Source of the DNA: the human T2T-CHM13v2.0 reference genome, Homo sapiens
Length of the DNA stretch: 64,000 bases
Assembly: GCF_009914755.1 (NCBI RefSeq)
Contig: NC_060945.1
Reading direction: 5' to 3' (one strand)
Shown here: piece after piece, positions 50,009-62,250 of the stretch
How the letters are laid out: the number at the start of each line of letters is the position of its first letter
Position numbering within the stretch: the first letter of the stretch is position 1
Translations under genes and position numbers: made by a program
The notes under the pieces: model-generated
Database searches by the model: none
Seen by the model: the letters and a program-made list of their open reading frames with translations, nothing else
Told to the model about the DNA's origin: nothing

Positions 50009-50910
50009 CACCCCACCCCAGTCCCGTGGAGGGGGTCTGGGCCCACCCTTCACAACTGCCTTTCAAGGACAGTTCAGACAAAGGGCCCTGCATGGAAAGA
50101 GTGACCTCCCTTTGCCTTTTGCACACGCACCTGGAAAAGACACAGAAGCCAACCTGAGAACCCCTGGTGCTATTTTAAAGGAGACATATTGCTGAACAGC
50201 AGTGAGAAAAGTCTGCAGGAACTGCTGCCTGAGCCAAGCCAGAGAACCGAAGACCCGGCCGGCCCTGGCCTCACAGGCGTGTGCCCATGCAGCCACCCAA
50301 ATGCACGCGTGACAACAAGGCCGGGAGGGTGGGGGGGGTGCACAGGTAGCCCCGACCCTCTCAGGCATTCCAGCCACAGAACATCAAAGTGAGCGAGTAC
50401 TGCGCTGGCTGTGGCTTCAGAGAACCTGTATGTGCCACGTGGAAAAACAGGACACCAGAGCCCACCAGACAGTGCCGGCCAGCAGAGAAGCAGAGAGCCA
50501 GCGCCACACAACATCAAGAAGGCCGACAACCAGGTTGGAAACCAAGACGGAGCTCAGACCCACCACATCGCCCCAGAGGCTTTTCCAGCACCCATGATGT
50601 TCCGGACTGACCTAAAAACTAATTGTCGAGAAGCCAAGGGTGAGGAGGCAGGAAGCACCTCCGGTTGGAGGCACCCAGGCTTGCCAGCCACAGAGCGCCC
50701 CGAAGTCACCGTCATCCCAGCCCCTGGCCTTCCTGCCGCCCTCCGGGGCCATGGCGCTGCTGTTCAGCTCAGGCACAGGGGCACAGCAGAGGTTTGGGAA
50801 GCGGTCTCCCCACCGGCACTGGGATTGGCGGGTCCAAGCCCAGCAACCGGCTTCGCTCCACAACACACACCACACCTGGGACTGTTTTTAATACATAGCA
50901 ACAGACTGGG

Positions 50911-50980
50911 TTATTTATTTAAGATGTGTATTGTGTCATATGAAGTTTAAGAGACATAAATGGCATTTTGTTATTTATTA
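50911..50980 (+). promoter_or_regulatory. AU-rich elements in the 3' UTR
   Basis: TTATTTATTTAA at 50911 and TTATTTATT at 50971. Confidence 0.55.
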
Positions 50981-51050
50981 AGACAAACTCCAATTGTTCT
51001 CTGGCTGTTTTTTTCAGTTGTGTCTAGCAAAATACTTATCTGCCCTTTGA

Positions 51051-51056
51051 AATAAA
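51051..51056 (+). terminator. Polyadenylation signal AATAAA
   Basis: Canonical hexamer after an AU-rich UTR segment, followed by U/GU-rich sequence. Confidence 0.85.
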
Positions 51057-52564
51057 ATGTTTTTGTTTAAAAAATCTCAGAACACTCAGAGAATGTTGAT
51101 GATTTCTGCTTACATTTCCATTACGCTAAAAAAGGGAACTTCCAAATCGTGTTGTGTGTTTTGGGTTTTCTCAGGCTTGGACACATTGAGGTTTCTCGGG
51201 TTTGGACACATACTGGGAAAAGACCATTTCCAGCAGAAAAGGGGCCTACCTCTCGGTCCCTTGTTTGCACAGAAGGCCAAGCTGAAGTAAACAGCCATCT
51301 GGGTATTTTATAAATCACGCAGTTTAAAGAATGTCCTAAGATTTGTCCTTGACGAGGAGGTGTCACACCCCGTGGTGGTGGGGAAAGGTGCTGACCTTGG
51401 GAACTACATGGTGGGGTCCAGGCTTTCAAACGTCCTCAGAATGCTGACCGTCCAGATGTGCATGGTGCGGGCTTTCTCTGGATGGAGTGCTGTGGAAGTT
51501 CACTTGGGGACCTCTCACAGCAGCAGGGCAAAGGTCAGAAACAACACACTGTGTGTCCCGCAGTTCTCAGGGGCCTCCTGCTTGAGCTCTGCGGAGAAGC
51601 CCACAGGAGGAACAGACCTGGCTGTGGCGGCTTCTGTGTGCCAGCTGCCCCACTAGATTGGCTCACTCTCTTTTTAATGGCAAGTTATTTATACATTTAA
51701 AAGATTTCTGCTAAAAAAGAACTTCCCTAAACACCAAATGGATGGAGTGTGTTTCCCACACACGCAGCGCACTCAGCTTGTGCTGGCCTTTCCCGGTCCT
51801 CCACCCAATGCTTCCCGCTCCTGGGAGCCTCCCACTTTCCCTCTCTCCCTGACCTGGCTCCAGGCACCAGTCCAGCCCTCTCCCGCTGGTGTCACAGTGG
51901 CCTGGGCTGCCCTGAGCCCCTGCCGGCTGCCATCCCTGAGGACGGGCACCAGCCCCGTGCTCACCACAGGGCACCTCTTCCCTCTGGGTGTGCAGCACTC
52001 GTATCCATGGGGTGAACAAGCGAGGGATGACGCAGATGGCACAGTATCATTACAGGATGCACAGAGGGCTTTTTCCATAAACAAAATTCTTTGCATTCAC
52101 TGCCCCCTGCCTCTCCAGAACTGTCCCCTCTGAGGCCTCATCTAGTCAGAGGCCCAGGGCTGGTGGGCCGGAGCGGACCTTCCTCACCCCATAGCCACCA
52201 GCCAGCATTCAGCACAGCAGCTTTGAGGTGGCGATCGCTATTTCCCCAACTCAATGAACTAAAGTACTAGAAGAAAATCTCCCACAGCTCACAAAGGAAG
52301 AGCAACTTCCCATTTCTGAACCCTCTGAGCTAAACCCTGAGAACTTTTGGAAATGGAGAGTCGATCCTTTTTTTAAAATGAAGAGTATACACACAGCTAT
52401 TTTTTTAAAGCAATTTAGCGGAAATTCACCTTGATTCATGGATGGAAGATTTCATTATGACTTTTAAGGAAAAAAGTACATGATTTCAATATAAAAATAC
52501 ATCTTCATTTGAGCATAGCTGAGGTATTTTCCATCTGCAAACAGCCAGCTCTGAGACACACACA

Positions 52565-52755
52565 CTTGCCGTCCTGTGGAAGCGTGGCTCTGCCTGTCAC
52601 GCATGTCTGCGCTTGCCGTCCTGTGGAAGCGTGGCTCTGCCTGTCACGCACGTCTGTGCTTGCCGTCCTGTGGAAGCGTGGCTCTGCCTGTCACGCACGT
52701 CTGCGCTTGCCGTCCTGTGGAAGCGTGGCTCTCCCTGTCACGCACGTGTGCGCTT
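52565..52755. repeat. 47-bp minisatellite, 4 copies
   Basis: Unit cttgccgtcctgtggaagcgtggctctgcctgtcacgcacgtctgcg. Confidence 0.95.
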
Positions 52756-54391
52756 AGTGCACATCACTAAGACTCTCCTATTCATGTTGACAAAAAAATG
52801 CCGGATCATGGAAACACAAGCTGGTGACAGGGCCAACAAAAGAGCTCAAGGTGGGACTCCAGCTCTCCAGCCTGTCTGTAGGTAGGAAAAACTACTCCTG
52901 GAAGCTCACCTCAGTGAATGCACCTCAGAGTCCAAGAGCTGCCGCGAATACAGGGCCTGGTGGCTGCTATACTGTGCGTCTCAGAGCAGAGCCAGCTCTC
53001 CCATCGCCAGCTTGTAAAATCCAAGAAAACGAAATTGCTTGATAAACTACGAACTGAAAAAAAATGAGCCCTGATTTATTATTATTCAATTCAACAGACA
53101 TAAAAACCACTCTGCTAAATGGCCACAGGACCACTCCAGTCTTGACTCAGCAGAGCACAGCTGGGCCAGGTGAGAAGCAGGTGTGAGGGCACTGTGTCCC
53201 TTGCAGGCTGTGCCCACAAGGCACCCAGGCTGTCCCCCACAGGGCTCCGATGCGCCAGGTCACCTCCCTTCCCAAGGCTCCGCATTGACCCACAGTCTCT
53301 GCACAGGACACCCCAGGTCCCTGGAGGGCAGTAGAAGAGGCTGTAGCACTGGCTGCCAAGGCAGGGGCAGCTGCCAGGCCCACCAGAGACCACGGGCAGT
53401 AGGCAGGTCACTTCCCAGGGTGGGGAGGGGGGCTGAGGTGGGAGCACAACCTAGGCCCCTCCTGGGGAGGTGGTGGAGTCAGAATCACGTAAGAGACAAA
53501 GTTCCAGTCCCTCAGTGCCGGCTCCATTGTCCCCTGGACTTCCCTTACAAACCACAGATGCAAAGAGAGCACTTCTCGGAATCTCCACACAGCCACGGTG
53601 GAGCACTCAACCCACGCGACCCTCGGGCGCAGGTGCTGGGTGACTGCCCTGGCCATGTGCCCTGTGGCCCCGCAGAATGACACCTCATCCAGGATGGAAG
53701 CGGGAACCGAAAGCCTGGCTGAGAGACCCCAGGGGTCTGAGTCGGGAGGAGCGATGGTTCATTTGGAACCCAGTGGTGCCCTTCACTGAGTTTGGGTTAA
53801 CTGTCATCACTTCCCTGTCCCGTGCGTTCCAACGTGCCCCGCCCCTGAGAACAGATCCAAGGGACTCTGAAGAACGCAGTCCTGAGCTGCTTGCTCATTC
53901 TGAAGCCAGCTCTTGTTGCTGGCCCCCTCCAAGGGGGCCTGTGAGCTCCAGACATGGGGATAATGTGGGGTCTGGGCCACCCGTAGTGGTGGCCAAGTGC
54001 AGCATGTTCCCCGCCACACCCCTTGGGAGCTGGAATTTAACTCCAGCTGCTGAACACAGGCAGTGTTTCTGGCACCCAGGGCCTCACCCTCCCAGGAGAG
54101 TCCATCATTGCTGAGCCAGTCGCAGGTCACCATGAAGCATCGCCCTGGGCAGCAAGTGGGATGCAGGGGCACAGCAGGGCACGTCCCAGGCGGCTGAGAA
54201 AGTCCACGGAGGGCAAGGGCAGGGGCGTGCGCCATCGTCGGAGACAGTCGGGGTGGGCAGCACCCTGGACTGCTGGGAAGGACAGTGGGGGGAGGGTGGA
54301 AGGCAGGGGAGCCCTTGCCAGTTGAGAATTTCTTGATCCTTGGAATTGGTCCCCAACATCCTCTGGGACACGCTTAACAATGGTCAGGTCT

Positions 54392-55034
54392 GGTAACTGA
54401 AAGAAGCAATTGAGGCAAATATCTCAATCAACCGAGGTTTATTCTGCCAGCGTTAGGGCATGTCCAGGAAAACACAAGCCACAGACACATCTGTGGCTGT
54501 TTTTCTAAAGAGGCTTACAAGAGGTTTGGTATTTAGACATTGAGGTGAGGTGAATGGTGACATTCTTGTGAGACTTCAGTTAGCACCCAGTAAATCTGCA
54601 TTTCACATAAGGTAAATATTTGAAGAAGAAAAGGGAGCAAAGGAGGAATCCATTTTGCAGACTTCTCTGGGTAGGTGGAGGAACACTTGATCTCGTCTTG
54701 TCTTTGGCCTGCCCCTGGGAGGACAAGCTTGTAAAGGACATTATCAGCATAGAATGGAACAGACTCTCATTTTAGGAGCTGGACTTACATTGCACACCTA
54801 AATTTATGATTGGCATGTCCTTGTTTATGGGAGGCCAGCAAAGAATGTACTGATGAAAGATCTGTGGGAGCACTTGCAGACGGCTGTGGCCTCCACCTTT
54901 CTGTGGGGACCTGGCTGATGCATCCTATTCATGACAGCTGTCCATACGGATGCAGCGTTGCATGATTCTCACTCCAGGCTTAATCTTCCCTTTGGCATAA
55001 GAAGTTTGGGCATCCTGTGATTTTTACGCCCACA
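54392..55034 (-). mobile_element. ERV1 MER4-group solo LTR
   Basis: ggtttattctgcca...cagtaaatctgcattt...cttccctttggc...ccaca; recognition only, subfamily uncertain. Confidence 0.6.
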
Positions 55035-55039
55035 GCCAC

Positions 55040-55341
<302 letters not shown>

Positions 55342-55719
55342 AGCCAGGCCAATTTTTGACCAAAACAGGATCGGTGAGTGGATGTCATGTGTCATTTGGG
55401 CCAACAGTGAACACGGACTTTGAAGGCATCTTGATCCAGAATATTCCATTCCCTTCTTCCTTGACTTGGTAATAACCAAGACGGTTCTGTCTCTCTTTGA
55501 AATTCTAAAATGAGGCAGGCATTGGACATTCTGTTACTGTTAAAATCCACACCCTGCCTGCCTCTAAAAGGAACTTGGAGTGGAGATGCAGAAAAACGGC
55601 AGGTGCGTTTAAGGAGTCCCTGCACCCCACGACGAAGTGACAGCCACACCCAGACATCCTGGAGCCCAAAAGGAGGAGCTAGTGGCTCTGGAGGGGCAGC
55701 CTCTCCCGGTCTCAAGGGC

Positions 55720-55915
55720 TATTATTATTATTATTATTTTTTTTGGAACTGAGGTGACATTTACATAACATGCAAATAATCATTTCAAAGCATATGGTCG
55801 GTGGCGTCTGGTGCATTCACAGTGCTGTGCAGCCACCAGCTCTCTCAAGGTCAACACGTCTCATCACCCCAGAAGATCACTAGAACCTGGTAAGCGATAG
55901 CTCCCCTTCCCCTCC
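55720..55915 (-). mobile_element. (TAT)n plus L1M 3' fragment
   Basis: gaggtgacatttacataacatgcaaat...gcattcacagtgctgtgcagccacca. Confidence 0.6.
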
Positions 55916-56181
55916 CACTTAAAATGAGAGTTTTCAAGGAGATTGGGTCCAGGGTGGCTGTGAGCACTAAAATTCTGGAGCAAGGTGAAAAATAGACCCC
56001 ACTTCTCCTTCCATGCTAAGCCACTGATTCATTAAAGAAACACAGGGAAGGAGCCTATACTCAAAATTAGCATCTCCAGTGGAAACATGGCTTGAGAATT
56101 ATGCGTCCTTACGGACCAGAGACCAGGCCTCCAAGAATTCTCCCAGGAAACAAATGTCCAGCAGGACCATGGCTGGGCTGT

Positions 56182-56492
56182 CACGTCCAGAAGCCACCAG
56201 GCCACAGCAGGGGCCCCGGCAGGCAGGCCACCGTCGGAAGCCGGCAGGCCACCGTCGGAAGCCACCAGACCACAGCAGGGGCCCCGGCAGGCAGGCCACG
56301 GTCCAGAAGCCACCAGGCCACAGCAGGGGCCCCGGCAGGCAGGCCACGGTCCAGAAGCCACCAGGCCACAGCAGGGGCCCTGGCAGGCAGGCCACGGTCC
56401 AGAAGCCACCAGGCCACAGGAGGGGCCCCGGCAGGCAGGCCACGGTCGGAAGCCACCAGGCCACAGCAGGGGCCCCCGGCAGGCAAGCCATG
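56182..56492. repeat. 48-bp GC-rich minisatellite, ~6 copies, with an internal 21-bp duplication
   Basis: aagccacc starts at 56191, 56259, 56307, 56355, 56403 and 56450. Confidence 0.95.
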
Positions 56493-57130
56493 GTTGGGGC
56501 TGCTTTGGCCTCTCTTTCCCTTTTGCACCAGCTTTCAATAAGGCTTTCTTCTTCCACGTCCCCACGACCCCTTGATCGTCCACCTGCTATTGGCAGCGAA
56601 GCCTTGAGGCTCTCATGGTGTGTCCCCACATGTCCGCAGACGGGAAGGAGTCACCCCAGCCTCCTGGGGCAGCAGGATGCAGCATATCTGACTCTCATCA
56701 CACTTTCTGTATCTCAGCAAGTTACCAACATTTCTTTGTATTTACTTCTGGTAAGAACAAAAACCTTAGCTGGGGCCTTGGCTGCCCTTGGAGCTGCTGG
56801 GAAAGTTACATGAGTAGAAGGGTTGGGTTAAAGGATGGAAACACCTCTGTCTACACCAGCTCACGATAAGCCTGAAGAGGAGTTTGGAGTCCCTCAGACG
56901 CTTTCGGCACCACTTAGTCAGCGGGGGGAATAATAGCTTTCCGGGAAATAGGCCCGAGACGCGGGAAGGGAAGGGAAGGGAACCCCGTGGGAAAGACCTT
57001 ACTCATTCTGCCCCTTGCAGTCAGCACCTGAGGAGAAGCAGCGGGGAAAAGAAGTGCCAAGCTCGCCGCGTTGACCAGTGTCAGGGCCGAGTAGCCACAG
57101 GACGGAACTGAGAAGCGAGTACCAACATCA

Positions 57131-58090
57131 AGCCTGCCGCGCCATTTATATCCACGCATGCGTTTCCCCTTACCTGCACCGAGCCTCCCGCCCCGTTTAT
57201 ATCCACGCAGGCGTTTCCCCTTACCTGCACCGAGCCTCCATTCCCGTTTACATCCACGCAGGCGTTTCCCCTTACCTGCACCGAGCCTCCCGCCCCGTTT
57301 ACATCCACGCAGGCGTTTCCCCTTACCTGCACCGAGCCTCCATTCCCGTTTATATCCACGCAGGCGTTTCCCCTTACCTGCACCGAGCCTGCCGCCCCGT
57401 TTACATCCACGCAGGCGTTTCCCCTTACCTGCACTGAGCCTCCCGCCCCGTTTATATCCACGCAGGCGTTTCCCCTTACCTGCACCGAGCCTCCCGCCCC
57501 GTTTACATCCACGCAGGCGTTTCCCCTTACCTGCACCGAGCCTCCCGCCCCGTTTATATCCACGCAGGCGTTTCCCCTTACCTGCACCGAGCCTCCATTC
57601 CCGTTTACATCCACGCAGGCGTTTCCCCTTACCTGCACCGAGCCTCCCGCCCCGTTTACATCCACGCAGGCGTTTCCCCTTACCTGCACCGAGCCTCCCG
57701 CCCCGTTTATATCCACGCAGGCGTTTCCCCTTACCTGCACCGAGCCTCCATTCCCGTTTACATCCACGCAGGCGTTTCCCCTTACCTGCACCGAGCCTCC
57801 ATTCCCGTTTATATCCACGCAGGCGTTTCCCCTTACCTGCACCGAGCCTCCCGCCCCGTTTATATCCACGCAGGCGTTTCCCCTTACCTGCACCGGGCCT
57901 CCATTCCCGTTTATATCCACGCAGGCGTTTCCCCTTACCTGCACCGAGCCTCCATTCCCGTTTATATCCACGCAGGCGTTTCCCCTTACCTGCACCGGGC
58001 CTGCCGCCCCGTTTACATCCACGCATGCGTTTCCCCTTACCTGCACTGGGCCTGCCACCCTGTTTATATCTATGCCTGCGTTTTCCTCTT
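57131..58090. repeat. 51-bp VNTR, ~18.8 copies, no indels, CpG-rich
   Basis: Unit tttaYatccacgcaggcgtttccccttacctgcaccgagcctcc(cgc/att)cccg; TTT starts from 57145 to 58063 span exactly 18 x 51. Confidence 0.98.
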
Positions 58091-58867
58091 GCCTTTTCAA
58101 TCCAGAGGCCTCACTAGCTTTGGCCTAGTCATCCTTTCTCCTTGTCTTCTCTTCAGGTATTTTATTGATGACTTCCTGATAGCACCAAATGGCTCCCCGA
58201 GGGCTCTGAGGCATTCACACGTGTGTGAGAGTGTGCAGGGATTCCCTGGAATTCAGAGGGACTGCCTTAGACTAATTTGACTGCTTTTGGGCAAAATAAG
58301 CTTATGGCCTGAAACTTGCCGATTATCCTGGCCCAGCCGTGCCTTGCCAAAGGTGTCTCTGGCCTGGCTAGCGGGTTGGGGCAGCAGCAGCAATCACCAG
58401 TGTGACCTGAGGGCGCCGTGTCACAAGCGCAGGGTACTTTGGTGGACACCTGAGAGGCAGGAATCCTGCTCAGGAGGATGAGGCTGCAGGACGCCCCCAC
58501 AGCCTGTTGTGGTCAGACCCCGAGGATCCAGTGCCAGCTTGTGGTCCCCCTACTCGCTTACTGAGAACCCAGAGCCTGCCCCCAGGGCCCCGAGAGCCTT
58601 TACGCACAGTTTAATAACTAGCTGTGACTGCACACCCATGCAAGCGCTCTCCCGGGCAGGAAATCAAATGTCACCAGCACTCCGGAAACAGCCCTTATGA
58701 GGAAACGGCATTCTGGCCCCGGGGGTTTTAACTGACTTTACCTGGTGGGCCATGTGGATCCCCTCAGCCGCGCCTCTCCTCTTTACAGCCTTTGCCCACT
58801 GTCCTACTGGGCCGTTTGTCTCTTTCTAACTAATTTGTGTCAGTACCTTCTGAGCTCCGTTCACGTC

Positions 58868-59499
58868 TGTGAGGGTTAGTTTTCTGCGCCCTCTTGACCA
58901 GGCCTTAGGACCCAGTTATTCAAGTGAACACTACTTAGGATGTTGTCGTGAAAGCATTTTATAAATGTGCTTAACATCGCCAATCCATCAACTTTAACTA
59001 AAGGAGATTTATCCTCCATAACTTGGGTGGGCCTGGTTCAGTCAGTTGAAGGGTTTGAGAGCAAAACTGAGGCTTCCCCGAGGAAGGAGAAATTCCACCC
59101 GTGGACTCAGCCTCAGCTCTGGCCTGAGAGTTTCCAGCCTGACACCTGCCCTGGATTTCAGACTTGCCTAGCCAGCCCCCACAGTTACATAAGCCAGTTC
59201 CTTGAAGTGAATCTGTGTGTGCACATGTGCATGTGTGTGTGTGTGCATGTGTGTGTCCATATGTGTGTGTCCGTGCATGAGTGTGCATGTGTGTATGCAT
59301 GCATGTGTCCGTGTGTGTGCATCCATGTGTGCATGCACATGTGCATGTGTGTGCATGCATGTGTGTGCACGTGTGCGTGCATGTGTGCACGTGTGCGTGT
59401 GTGTGCATGCATGTGTGTGCATGTGTGTGTGCGTGTGTGTGCGCGTGTGCGTGTGATCTCCAACTGGTTCTGTTCCTCTGGCTGAACCTGGAGGATGCA
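58868..59499. mobile_element. MLT2 (ERVL) solo LTR with expanded internal (TG/CA) tract
   Basis: tgtgagggttagtttt...ccataacttgggtgggcctggttcagtcagttgaagg...ggttctgttcctctggctgaacctg. Confidence 0.82.
59214..59455. repeat. Complex (TG)n/(TGCA)n alternating purine-pyrimidine tract
   Basis: Seen directly. Confidence 0.95.
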
Positions 59500-59864
59500 T
59501 CGTCTTTCTGCATTGTCTACCTGTTTTACAGGGACCTGCCTTATCTTTAAAATCAGAAGTAATTAAGTTCATTTTAAAAGTCAAGGCGAGTACCAAAAAG
59601 AATGTAAACACTCTATTCCAAGGCTGTTTCTTCCTGGGACAGTTGTATTTTTAACACATTTTCCCAAGAGTTGCTGCAGCCACTCTGTGTGAGCCCCGCA
59701 TCCTACCACAGCCTTAGGGACAGCAAGGTCACCAGCTCTAGAAGCTCTGCCTTCAGAACGGCCCACTCTGCAGCCAGCCCCATGAAGACACCTCTTGGGT
59801 GCCTGGTGTTGTAAAATTTACCCAAATCCAGAGCCATGATTCCAAACCTGATGGTAGAAGAGCA

Positions 59865-60520
59865 GCATTCATTTGCTTGTTCATTCATTCAGCACACTCG
59901 TATTGCCAAGCCCTGAGAATAAGCGCAGGGATACGGTAATAAACCGGGAGAGCCAAATCGGCCCCATGGAGTCGAGTCTAGGGGAAGCAATAGACGACTA
60001 ACAAAGGAACAGTAAACAGTCTGGGGCAGGAGCGGGGGGTGTATGATTGTGTATTGACGGTCGTCTTCGAGGATGGGATAAGGGTGTGATGGAATGAACC
60101 CTGCAGATCTAAGGAAAGGCCATTCCAGACCCTAGAGGAGGTCCAGGAAGGAAGTTCAGGAGCACAGGCCACAGAGGGTCACTGATTTCACCAATTTCAC
60201 CAGGATCAGGGTTTTCCATACCACTAAGGCTGGAGGGACAAGGGACAGGAGCGTGAAAGGAGAGGCGAGGCTGGTGCCCCAGGAAACCCAAGCCTGGTCT
60301 CAGGCTGGTGAAGAGGTGGATGATGGAGCGAGTGGGGAATGAGTGGTCCCAGTGGCCGGAAAGCTTGCTGGGGGCTGATCTGGACAGATGGGAGGTGGGT
60401 GAGGTCCTGGGAGCGGAGGTTCTGGAGACCGGCGGGCATGGCCAATGATGAGCCCTAGGACGTGACTCTCACAATGGGGACTGAAGGGGTTGGAGGGAGG
60501 TGCCGTTGGAAAATTGCAGT
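59865..60520 (-). mobile_element. L2 remnant
   Basis: cattcatttgcttgttcattcattcagcac start followed by diverged L2-like text; end approximate. Confidence 0.5.
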
Positions 60521-61767
60521 AAGTGAGAAGAGTCAGAAATGGGAGGACCAGAGGGAAAGCCACTTCTCAGAGAAGAGTAACAGGTTCAACTTTGGTCCAA
60601 TAATCACAATTTAGAGCTGACAGCAGCTTCAGAGGCCATGTGACAGATAAGGAAACTAAGGCCCCAAAAGCAGCCGTGGAGACCAGACCCAGGGGTTCCG
60701 GCCACGGCTCTGTGCCTTTTGTAAAGGCAGCCTATGTCTGCACTCACCTGTGCTCTGGCCCAGGCCGGCCCTGCACTTCGATTGCCGGGAGCCCTGCACG
60801 CGGAACTGTGTCTGCAGAAGCTCCTTTTGGCACCTGGGAGGGCACCTCTCATCAGTACTCCAGGACCTCGGCCATCGCCACGGACCGCAGGGTGAACGCT
60901 GGGTGGGCTGTACCATGGCCTCGGCCACCGCCTGCAGATCCAGGCTCCCTGCAGCCTGCTGGGCTGGTGGCCTCAGGGGACCGGTGAGCTGCGTCTGCCT
61001 GGGCTCCCGAAAGGCCGCTCCCAGGTTTTGATTTTGCTTTGTTACCTAGAACCCAGGCCCTCTGTTGCCACAAGAGGGCCCCCCAGCCCCGGCTCACTGA
61101 GGCCCTCCCCGTGGAGGAGCGTATCCTGTCCGGTCCGCAGCTCAAATATCCAGAGATCGGGAGACCCCGGCCCTGGCCCCACCCCCGCCCCAGCTGGGCC
61201 ACACTGCCCCCTCCACCACACCCCGGCAAGCCCCTCCTGGGGCTGCACTCAGTCCTGGGTGTCAGAGGGTCCTCTGGCTTCGCTTGTCACATTTAATGAC
61301 AAATCAGAAATCAAATGTATCCAGAGCCAGCCTGGGCTTTAGGATAGAAGGGGAGGGCAGGAGTGGGGGCTCCGGGGACAGGGGCTGGCCGAGGAGGGAG
61401 GATGGGGGCAAGAGGATATTCGTGGGGCACCCACTCCCCACCCATCCGCCACCCCCTCCTCCCAGTGCTCCTTCTGAGGCCTCGCTGTCCCCGCCTTTTA
61501 GTAAAAAGTGGAGAAACAGCCTCACAGGGTGACCTGCTTCAGCTCCCAAAGCCATGCTGTGGCTGACCAGGGTCAGGACCCAGGTACCAGGTCCACGGCT
61601 CAGGGGTGGGAGCCAAGCCTCACTCGACTCCACGCTCAGGGCCGGGACCCAGGCCACAAGCCCGACCTTTGTCCTTTCCTCGAGCTTGCTGGGAAGCCTA
61701 GACTCACCCAAATCCAACCCAAAAAAGGCTGCAACAAACCAGCCTTGCTTGTGATTTCGTTTTATGA

Positions 61768-62250
<483 letters not shown>

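Larger units (their letters stand above)
50009..51075 (+). other. SLC37A1: SLC37A1 3' UTR (~1.06 kb)
   Basis: Lies between the TGA and AATAAA at 51051; the GC-rich 5' part switches to an AU-rich end; cleavage site approximate. Confidence 0.85.

Noticed and set aside
56032-56813. Overlapping 115-244 aa repetitive ORFs
   Set aside because: Artefacts of the 48-bp (16-codon) GC-rich repeat; no independent coding evidence
57131-58090. CRISPR-like array
   Set aside because: Units are contiguous with no unique spacers, there are no cas genes, and the context is mammalian; it is a minisatellite
58967-59611. Cys/Val-rich and His/Thr-rich ORFs resembling metal-binding proteins
   Set aside because: Translations of the (TG/CA) simple repeat
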